A stretch of 64,000 bases of DNA from Phoronis australis (lineage: Eukaryota > Animalia > Phoronida). Of this stretch, positions 53,601-61,296 are shown piece after piece. Below the pieces are notes generated by a model that was not told the DNA's origin, searched no databases, and was given only the letters and a program-made list of their open reading frames with translations. The position numbers and the translations under genes are program-made. The stretch lies in contig NMRA01000233.1 of the NCBI GenBank assembly GCA_002633005.1, positions 496,001 through 560,000 of the forward strand. The letters are read 5' to 3'. Positions within the stretch are counted from its first letter, which is position 1. Each line of letters starts with the position of its first letter.

Positions 53601-56523
53601 TAGGTATCTATTAATGAGATGATGCTATCCTCTTGTTTTTGGATGACTTTGAAGCATTTTGCGCCACTTAGTGGCCATTTTTATGCGCCCACATATTTAT
53701 ATGTGGACGCATTATGCCGTCATCTCTGTCCGTCCGTCCGTCCGTCCGTCCGGGCGGCGTCCGGCGTCTGGCGTCCGGCGTCCGCTGCTCTATCTCCAAA
53801 ACCCTTTGACATACGTTCATGAAATTTGGCACATATGTTCCATTCATGAATGGGACGGCATGTGCGAACTTTCGGATGGATCCGACTACCGGTGTGCCCC
53901 CTAGTGGCAATTTTAGTTTTTTACGCTTACCTTTGTATCTTCAAAACTCCTGAACGGATTTTCATGAAATTTGGTATGTAGGCACCTAGTAGTGAGATGA
54001 CGCTATCCTGCCGTTTTCGGATGGATTCGACATAGCTTGCGCCACCTAGNNNNNNNNNNNNNNNNNNNNNNNNNNNNNNNNNNNNNNNNNNNNNNNNNNN
54101 NNNNNNNNNNNNNNNNNNNNNNNNNNNNNNNNNNNNNNNNNNNNNNNNNNNNNNNNNNNNNNNNNNNNNNNNNNNNNNNNNNNNNNNNNNNNNNNNNNNN
54201 NNNNNNNNNNNNNNNNNNNNNNNNNNNNNNNNNNNNNNNNNNNNNNNNNNNNNNNNNNNNNNNNNNNNNNNNNNNNNNNNNNNNNNNNNNNNNNNNNNNN
54301 NNNNNNNNNNNNNNNNNNNNNNNNNNNNNNNNNNNNNNNNNNNNNNNNNNNNNNNNNNNNNNNNNNNNNNNNNNNNNNNNNNNNNNNNNNNNNNNNNNNN
54401 NNNNNNNNNNNNNNNNNNNNNNNNNNNNNNNNNNNNNNNNNNNNNNNNNNNNNNNNNNNNNNNNNNNNNNNNNNNNNNNNNNNNNNNNNNNNNNNNNNNT
54501 GAAGGAAAAGTTCCAAGTAGAAATTTGTTTCTGGCATTCTAATGCTGTGCTAATCTCGTATGTTGGTAAATTTGTTTTTAATTCTATGTTTCTGTGGTGC
54601 TTTAAGCAACTGGTGTATAGGATGTGCTTGTATTATGAAGATTACTCACATTTTGCCCCTAGCCTATTGAGGAGACAATGACCATGCCTTTCCATTTTGC
54701 AAAGTATGCCCTCTACTGGCGACTTTATGGTACCAATAAACAACCCTAGAAGGATACCGTATGCGGTGCAATTGTGGGCGCATTTCAACGCTCCGCGTTG
54801 CTCTTGTTACTGTTTTTGACGTCTGCCCCTCTATCAACCAAACCATTCCAAGGATGATTGTGAAAATTGGCATACATGTTCTTAGTGTGAAGAGGATGGT
54901 TGTTGATCGATGATTTTTCGGCAACTTTTACTGCTGTTTTGCACCTCCTAATGGCAGTTGTTTTTGCACTCATAGCTATCTCCTAAACCTCCTAAACCTA
55001 CTGCAGGATCTTTATTAAAGTTAGCAAGTATATTCATATGAAGTTGACAACAGACGAGGACAACTTTCAGATGGATCTGGGTACGTTTTGCAACCTAGTG
55101 GCAATTTCATTTTTTTGTTTTCTTTGCTTCTCTGAAGTTCTTGACAGATTTTTATGAAATTTGGAAAATAGCTTTCTATTAAAGAAGCGATGACATGTTC
55201 CCATTTTCGGATGGATTCGATGTATTTTACACTTTCTGGTGGCCATTTTTGTGATACAGATATACACCCCCAGAAGCGTTAGCAATGCATTCGTGGACGC
55301 ATTTCAATGCTCCGCATTGCTTTGCGGTTTATTGCACCTTTAACTGATTTTTTCCAATACTTTAAGTGTTCACACACCATGCCCTTGCATCACTGGTGTA
55401 GTCGCTCTATTCATGTAACATCACCTGGAGCCATTGTATATTGTAGGCCTCATGGTTGGTGATGAGGTTCTGGTGGTCAATGGGCGCGTGGTCTCTGACT
55501 TAGACATGGTTTATGTGGAAGGTCTACTGACGGAGGCAGACATATTGTGCATGACAATACGGTCGTGTCGTGTCGAGCGACCCTTCTCCACATTTATGAT
55601 GGATCATGCTGACTTCTTCATCGACAATATGATGTGCCCCCCGCCTCCATCGCAGACGAGAATCAGCGAGAAAGTGATTGGAGATCTGATAGTACCAGCG
55701 CCAAACTGGAGTAAGAGTTTTGTTCATTTTTGTTCTCATCTTTACTTTTGATGAAGTAGTGCATTAGAATTAAATGATTTAAATACAGCTTACAGTCAAT
55801 ATTCTCTTGCTGAAAAGTTTTACTTTTCTGCCATGTTGGATCATACATGTATAATGAAGAATCTAACGATATTCATATATGCCCATACAGGTGTTAAACT
55901 AAAAATTTGTGTTTTTTTCTGGAAGATGCTACCTGCCAAAGGGTTCCGGTAGACAATGGTGTCACCCTTGTAATCTTGTTTCTGACAGCTGTTGGTGTCT
56001 TGTTCCTCTGTATTCTTTCATTGGAGAAAAATATCCTCGAGTAACTTATTTCCTTACCTAGTTGTATGCATCTGTGTATGTGTAGACTGAGAGTACTGTT
56101 AAATAAAGTAGACTATCTAGGGCTTGATTTTAGCCCACGTTGAAATTCAGCTGGAACTAGTAAATATTATTACTCAAGAAACGTCATGTAAACCCGTTAA
56201 TGTTAAAGAAACACTTCCTTCTCCAAAATTTGAAAATATACATTTGTTGCTTTTTGATGTCACGGAAGCATTTTAATTATACAATCAGATTTTTTAAATC
56301 AAAAGCCGGAGTCACACGAACATCAATTTTTTGGCCGCAAATGTCACAGCGTATAAATTATGCCCCAAACTTGATGTTATTAAAACATCTTGATGGAGTT
56401 TTAAGGCTTCTGCAGGTCATTGCATGCAATGTTATCAGCTGTTTTATATATTTGAATGACACGACATCATTTGTGACGCGTATGTTAGCGTACTTTTTTA
56501 TCAAGGGAAAGAGATAGTTTTAG

Positions 56524-56598
<75 letters not shown>

Positions 56599-59500
56599 TG
56601 TGTTAAAAGCATTCCATCTAAAACTCTTCAAAATGCTTATGACCGTGTATCCAACAAAAATTAGAGCACATTTGAGATGTTCCATTGACTAACACTGTTT
56701 GCTAAATTACATTCAGTCCGATCGTCAATCATTTTGTTGGCTTTGTCTTCAAACATGTCCAAACTGGCGTCAAGGCCGAGAAATAATATGGTCACCTAAT
56801 TCTTTTTAAAAATGAAAAAAGCATTAAGACTATTAAGTGTTAAACAAATCATTAAATCGCGTTTATTTTATTAATTAGTTGTTTTCTTGCAGTTGCAGAA
56901 GCAAATAGTCCCAAAAGATGTGCTTCTCAGCAAAGTGGAAACGTTTCTTCAGAGAAAATAGACCAACTGTTGAAGGTAAGTAATGTTTATCCCTCCCTGA
57001 TCCACTTTTATACAGTGTCTAAGTGGGGCATGCAATATCCCCCTTCCTAATGGGCTTTTCTTTGTAAAAGCCACACTCTAAACCTGTCTTAATGTTAGTG
57101 AGTCTTTTGTGGGCTTTATGTAATTTGGGTTTATTGTTAGTTGTTGTGAAGTGTTCAGGGGGTGTTAATGCTTCAGGTGGCATTTGTTCCTCTGAAGCTG
57201 TAAGAGTACAGTTACATGTGCCTAGCACTGCAGCTTGTGAGAAGAGTGGATGTAGGCTGCTGGTCAGGCTTCCTGGTCAATAGCTCTGTTGATGTGGGGA
57301 AGTGATGGTGATGGGTCAATGTATCAATCAACTTCACTGTAAGAGACCATTTGCATGGTTAAGGTGACTGTCTCGGAATTTGAGTCTTCAGGGTAACTTT
57401 GCTTATATCTTGATAAAGCGTGAAAATGGTTTCAGGTAATCACTTAACATTATATTGCTGTGATGGACCATACAGAGTTGAAGGCAAGCAACTCTGGACA
57501 GTCAGAAAACCACAAGTCCTACTGCTTGATTACTCTTTGTGTTTTAATCTGACAGTGTTAAGATAAGAGTTGCCTGAAAAATTACGACATTTGGTTTCAT
57601 TTTTCACCCTTTTGGTACCGGTTAAAAACAAAGCCCACATTTGATTTCCTTATAAAAATTTGAGTGTAGAGGTTTTCGCCACAAAAATTGGCCAAGTTTT
57701 GTGGGAGATAGATGTAATTTATATCTTTCCAGCTGATTTGATTGTCTATCGAAAGTTCCACCAACTAATCAGACCTAATTGCCATGTTTTTTGACCCACA
57801 TTAGGAAAGGCCTTTTCAGATCAGTGACAATGGCATATCTTAAGTGTCCAGTTGAAGCCCCTAAGTACAGTTCACAGTCATAATAGCCTTGTGAGTGCAA
57901 CGAGCCCACCTTAGTAGCCTGCCCACAGCTGGCACATCGTGTACTAGACTGCCTGCAATTATTTTTGTAATTTTCCTGCAGCTGATGGCATTTGCCTGCT
58001 GCTGATGATCTAAATGATGATGCCAATTTGTAATTAGTTGAATATAGTGTAACGTGGAAAATTGACATTCATAACAGACACTGATAACAATACCTACTGT
58101 ATCTAGGTTACACTGGCATTGAATTTTATATTTTTGCACCAAAATAAGTAATTGATTTTTTTGCACTGAAAAAACGGGTAATGAAAGGTATAATCCTATT
58201 TGTTTTTCACCTAGATTCAGTTAAATGTAATGTACTTGATTTAAGTTGTGTGTTGTAACAGTTTGAAGGTGTGAAATACTCAGTGGCTGCTTAACTGCAT
58301 TCAAATATTCACTCGCGTATACAATTATCCTCACTGGATGTGGTGCAAAAAATCTTGTTACCTGCACTGCATTTAATGTTAAACCTAAAATGTAATTTTA
58401 TTGTGTAATTCTTAACTGCGCCCTGAGAAACAATATCTGATCTGTAACTCTTCTCATCAGCATTGTTGCAATAATTATGGTGACATTTTGACTGTGCCAA
58501 ATGTTGAATGGAATCCGTGCTCCAAACTGGAAATGAGCACCAGGGGTCTCTGATCAACAGGAAGCTCTGCCAACATAAACTTGTTGCTGTTAAAAAAATC
58601 AGTTTTAAGTGTCGGTGAGCTAGCTGGGATTCATGTGTTATTGCTTTATATCAGACAGTGGATATTATCATTCACTGAGGTGAATGTAATTAAATAGATG
58701 CAAAATATAATAACTCATGTTCAATGGACTAATACTATAAAACAAACTTCCCGACGTTGCGAAGCCACCTGGCTCTTTCTATTAGCATTGATGGCTGTCT
58801 GGTTCCTCCGAAAATTTCATCGCCCCGTGCCACTGTTCATTGATTACAACGGAGATATGAAGGTATCAGATTTAAACTATCTGACTCCAAGGTCCAGTGC
58901 CTTACAGTNCCCCCCCCCCCCCCGACATAGGGGAACGAAATGTTCATGGGACATTCATCTTTCCTCAGTAGAAAGCTGCTAGGTGGCTCTGTAACACTGG
59001 GGAATTTGTCCAATAGTCGTGATTTATATTTTTTGCATCTTTTGTTCAGTATTGTGCTGTATTGTATTGTATTGTATTGTATTGTATTGTATTGTATTGT
59101 ATTGTGTTGTATTGCTTCCTATTGTCATATAATATTGTTTTTATTATTAATGTTATTGGCATGTATTTGCTTTGTTGGTGGTCAGCTATTACCGACCTAT
59201 GCCTTTGCTTTAATTTCTCAGAATGCCGAACAAATCAACATGTTCTGCCGCCAGTCAATGGAGCGTGACACAGACGAACTGCCGCAAGATGTGGCACTGT
59301 TCCAGCAACCCATGAGCGAGTGCCAGAAACTACGTAAAGTCATTCTAGAGCTGATCAACACTGAGCGGGCTTATGTGAAGGTTGGTGTTGTTCTGTTGTC
59401 TTTCGTTCAATGGTTATGGGGTTCTTAAGAACTGTACTGTGTCTGCTGGAGTTGCCGTCCAAAATCAGGGACTGACTGATTTTAAGTTGAATTTAGTTAC

Positions 59501-59974
59501 AGATGAAATTGTGAAGGCTGTTTTTTCCGAGGACAGATAGGGAGAAATTATTCACTCATATTTTCAATATACTTCACAGGCACAAACTTGGAGGTCCTGT
59601 GATGGTTTAAATCCACTAATATGCCCAAACCACTTTTTGTTTGTAGTTTTACTTGTCAACTGGTTACAAATATCCAGCATGTCGGTTGAATTCTTGTTGT
59701 TTACCTTTGCATGCGTTGTATTTGGCCTCACGGTACTAACTATAACAAATTGTAAATCTTATCTTGTTTCCCCGCTCAGGACCTCAATTGTTTGATAGAA
59801 CGCTATCTGGAGCCCCTGAAGGAGGAGACATTCCTGTCCAATGAGGAGACGGAACAACTATTTGGCAACATCCAGGAGATAGTGCAATTTCAACGGGTCT
59901 TCCTGCAGAATCTGGAGGAAGCTATCGAGATGGAACCGGACTTCTTGACGGCACAAGACCCGCGCCAGTTCAGG
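23564..59974 (+). CDS. sif: TIAM1/still life (SIF type 1-like) Rac guanine nucleotide exchange factor; 18 coding exons in window, 3'-incomplete
   Basis: Manually spliced exons join in frame with GT-AG sites (1240 aa). Recognisable EVH1, PH ([34 protein letters not shown]), CC-Ex, RBD, PDZ and DH ([20 protein letters not shown]) segments occur in Tiam/sif order. Confidence 0.95.
24609..25105. mobile_element. PIF/Harbinger (Tourist-like) MITE, 497 bp
   Basis: TIRs AGATGCTTTCCTATTAGAGG..AACTTCGGT / ACCGATGTTCCCTTAATGGGAAAGCACCC, TSD TTA, repeated GAAACTTC/GAAGTTTC subterminal motifs. Confidence 0.78.
25820..27882. repeat. Direct duplication flanking an N gap (25820-26726 vs 27096-27882), probably uncollapsed haplotypes
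   Basis: Near-identical sequence on both sides of the gap with scattered SNPs and indels; each copy abuts the gap exactly. Confidence 0.9.
26119..26258. mobile_element. 140-bp MITE with CWG target site, present in only one duplicate copy
   Basis: TIRs CGTTCAGTAGACGCTAGGACCTACGCTAAAA / TTTTAGCGAGGTCCTAGCGTTACTGAACG; empty site AAGACCAGTTTC at 27391-27402. Confidence 0.88.
28185..28366 (+). CDS. sif: Coding exon 2: EVH1/WH1 domain N-part ([60 protein letters not shown])
   Basis: ttag|G acceptor (phase 2), CAG|gtgaga donor (phase 1), GC-richer coding composition. Confidence 0.9.
28437..28780 (+). mobile_element. Fragment of an interspersed DNA-transposon family (Kolobok-like TTAAGG start); related copies at ~40860-41100 (+) and ~60560-60870 (-)
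   Basis: Shared motif ATATYTCAGAAATGGCTGAT(C/T)G at ~28510, at ~40905, and reverse-complemented at ~60787. Boundaries approximate. Confidence 0.5.
29515..29636 (+). CDS. sif: Coding exon 3: EVH1/WH1 domain C-part ([41 protein letters not shown])
   Basis: gtag|GC acceptor, TCG|gtaggt donor. F-x-x-W-x-D..WGL-x-F-x-S..DA-x-x-F is the EVH1 signature. Not in the ORF track on this strand. Confidence 0.92.
33091..33144 (+). CDS. sif: Coding exon 4, 54 nt, phase 0-0 ([18 protein letters not shown])
   Basis: tttgttgcag acceptor, AAG|gtaaag donor. SRK..S..SLKL resembles the post-EVH1 segment of sif as I recall it. Confidence 0.75.
34536..34850. mobile_element. Kolobok-like MITE with TTAA TSD
   Basis: TTAA|GGTATCATTGAACC..GGTCAAAAAC versus GTTTTTTGACC..GGTTTAATGCCACT|TTAA. 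Confidence 0.65.
37335..37445 (+). promoter_or_regulatory. Candidate internal promoter/enhancer: full CRE plus four CCAAT boxes
   Basis: TGACGTCA at 37390-37397; CCAAT at 37339, 37373, 37439 and ATTGG at 37401; local CpG enrichment ~500 bp before exon 5. Confidence 0.5.
37919..38933 (+). CDS. sif: Coding exon 5: large Ser/Pro/Arg-rich low-complexity linker
   Basis: 1015-nt open exon (ORF 37922..38980), ttttccag acceptor (phase 0), A|gtaagt donor (phase 1). Confidence 0.9.
41662..41911 (+). CDS. sif: Coding exon 6: Ser-rich linker ending at PH start (..QGATRKAG)
   Basis: ttctcag|AT (phase 1), GG|gtatgt (phase 2). Confidence 0.92.
44018..44190 (+). CDS. sif: Coding exon 7: N-terminal PH domain
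   Basis: [38 protein letters not shown]; tttccag|G and G|gtaggt. Confidence 0.95.
44724..44821 (+). CDS. sif: Coding exon 8: PH domain
   Basis: [32 protein letters not shown]; tgcag|TG and CAG|gtctgt. Confidence 0.95.
45614..45757 (+). CDS. sif: Coding exon 9: PH C-terminal helix and start of coiled coil
   Basis: [36 protein letters not shown]..; ctcag| and ATG|gtaagt. Confidence 0.95.
46262..47050 (+). mobile_element. Degenerate full-length HINE family A copy
   Basis: 5' GTGCGCCCTCAT..ATGTGAGTGCAT, core repeats (GCCCCCTAGTGG at 46727), 3' CGTTAGCAATGCAC..TCAAC..GTGTTGC matching 55277-55320. Confidence 0.7.
47235..47417 (+). CDS. sif: Coding exon 10: Tiam coiled-coil/Ex region
   Basis: [44 protein letters not shown]; ttag| and AAG|gtaagt. 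Confidence 0.95.
47817..47870. repeat. 18-bp tandem repeat x3 (AAGCATTCCTTACATAAC) abutting the branch point of exon 11
   Basis: Three exact copies read directly. Confidence 0.9.
47887..48101 (+). CDS. sif: Coding exon 11: Ex region ([32 protein letters not shown]..)
   Basis: ttctag| acceptor with ctaac branch-like site at 47870; AG|gtatac phase 2 fits the next exon. Confidence 0.9.
48840..48990 (+). CDS. sif: Coding exon 12: linker and first strand of RBD (..[11 protein letters not shown])
   Basis: tgttttcag|T (phase 2), open frame [13 protein letters not shown]..., CAG|gtactg. Not in the ORF track. Confidence 0.85.
49437..50894 (+). mobile_element. HINE-like element, family B, apparently complete
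   Basis: 5' hairpin TACTTGGCGGAA-TTC-TTCCGCCAAGTA (49441-49467); 3' subTIR TTCCACCAAGT (50859-50869), stem-loop CGCTC-CTCC-GAGCG and TCTCGTTT; T-rich flanks without a TSD; internal ~306-bp direct repeat (50074 and 50380). Confidence 0.82.
50975..51136 (+). CDS. sif: Coding exon 13: Ras-binding domain (RBD)
   Basis: [35 protein letters not shown]; gcag| and GTG|gtgagt. Confidence 0.92.
52175..52355 (+). CDS. sif: Coding exon 14: RBD end and PDZ N-part
   Basis: [48 protein letters not shown]; gcag| and G|gtacat. Confidence 0.92.
52885..55330 (+). mobile_element. HINE family A outer (older) copy
   Basis: Decayed 5' hairpin at 52890, core repeats, 3' subTIR GTGGACGCAT (55293-55302) plus hairpin CAATGC-TCC-GCATTG. 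Confidence 0.8.
53679..54808 (+). mobile_element. HINE family A inner (younger) copy, spans a gap
   Basis: 5' subTIR ATGCGCCCAC (53683-53692), IR at 53701-53712, (CCGT)n; 3' subTIR GTGGGCGCAT (54774-54783, exact reverse complement), hairpin CAACGC-TCC-GCGTTG, end CTCTTGTT. Confidence 0.82.
55447..55710 (+). CDS. sif: Coding exon 15: PDZ C-part and Pro-rich linker
   Basis: [16 protein letters not shown] signature; gtag|GC and A|gtaaga. Confidence 0.93.
56523..56596. repeat. (GT)n microsatellite
   Basis: Read directly. Confidence 0.98.
56893..56975 (+). CDS. sif: Coding exon 16 ([28 protein letters not shown])
   Basis: ttcttgcag acceptor (phase 1), AAG|gtaagt donor (phase 0); bridges the phases of exons 15 and 17. 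Not in the ORF track. Confidence 0.85.
59050..59114. repeat. (ATTGT)n pentanucleotide microsatellite
   Basis: Read directly; it produces the spurious YCIVL-repeat ORFs. Confidence 0.97.
59222..59380 (+). CDS. sif: Coding exon 17: start of DH (RhoGEF) domain
   Basis: [29 protein letters not shown]; ttctcag| and AAG|gttggt. Confidence 0.95.
59780..59974 (+). CDS. sif: Coding exon 18: DH domain
   Basis: [47 protein letters not shown]; ctcag| and AGG|gtgagt. Confidence 0.95.
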
Positions 59975-61160
59975 GTGAGTCAGGCCCCGGGCTTGAGGGG
60001 GGTCTGCGGGTGCTTTTCAGTGTGTTTTGTTGTTTTTGTGAAAGCTTCTGAGGTTAAAGGTTTGATCAAAAAAGGAATAACACGCATATAACTTGCATGT
60101 GTTTCAATCTACATTTGTTTAACTTCATGATGACAGACTTAAGCTGAATGTGTTGAGGAAATTAGAAAAATCCAATATCCATTATGTGTTCTGGGCATTT
60201 TGGTTCATAGCTCCGACTTGTTACAACAATTGCATGATGTCTGTCCATCCCATCTTACTGCTGTTGAGCAACGCTGTCCGTGTTATGCTTACAATCATGT
60301 AACTAAGCTTTATGAAATGGGTCCAAGTTGGGAACACTGCCCTGAAATTAAGAATTGTAGACAGTACTAAGTGTTACACGGAAAACTGGATTGCATTTCT
60401 TACTATTCAGGCCTTAGTGAGATGCCAAGAATGTAGAAACCCTATAGAGTTTGATTTTTGACTTTTTAACAGTCTGTCATTAACCGGATAACATGACCAT
60501 TTATTTTTTGTAACGTTTAGCTAAAAAGGTTGAAAAACAACAGTATTAATAACGTGACCAAAATTCATTTGATATAAAATGTTCCTGATGAAATCTCAAA
60601 CTGCTGTTTCAGTTTTCTAAATTATTGTTTTGTTTTTGTTTTATGCAACTTGAGATTTTTTGCACGAAACTAAGAAAGTCCTTCTTATAGCCCCTTATGC
60701 AAAAGTGGAACATTTTTAAAACATTCCTAGCAGCAGTCTGGAAAACTGTGTACAAAGCAAGGAATCTGAAAGTTTCGCATGAATCCAATCAGCCATTTCT
60801 GAGATGTGTTGTTCCGAAATTAGCCAAACGTTTTTCTAGGGTCTTACCATGCATAAGTATATAGCATATCCATACATACCCTCTGCATAAGGCAGCTGCA
60901 GTGTTAACCTTCAACATGTCCTCTGTTTCTTGTGTTCGTTTGTTACCGTCTCTGCATTTATCGGAATTTTTGTTTTCATTTTCGTGTGCTGTTTTTTGGT
61001 TATTTAGTAAGTAAATATTTTCATTGTGTGCCTGTGTTTCTGTTCATTTTCAAGTACAATTGTGCTAATTAATGTAGGTCAACTACATTTCTGAGAGTGA
61101 CATTTCTTTAGGCGGTACTTGCACAGTTTCAGGCATTTAAACTGTAGTTCAAATATCCAG

Positions 61161-61296
61161 GGCTGGGCTGCATAAAACTTCAAAATTATCCGATGGATAA
61201 GTTTGATTGTTGCATGTCGTCAGATGCATTAACATGGCACGTGAAAATGCGACGTCATTATTGCTATACGGCGTATAACTTCTATGCAACTGGGCC
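61161..61296. mobile_element. 136-bp PIF/Harbinger-like MITE with CAG TSD
   Basis: Imperfect TIRs GGCTGGGCTGCATAAAACTT / AACTTCTATGCAACTGGGCC, CAG on both sides. Confidence 0.6.

Noticed and set aside
53069-53910. Similar ORFs at 10117-10738 and 53069-53910 that look like a gene family
   Set aside because: They are translations of the HINE core repeat, with inconsistent frames and no Rep/helicase motifs.
58940-59221. Hydrophobic signal- or TM-like N-terminus (YCIVL repeats) in frame with the DH exon
   Set aside because: It derives from the (ATTGT)n microsatellite and intronic T-richness; a good acceptor ends at 59221.
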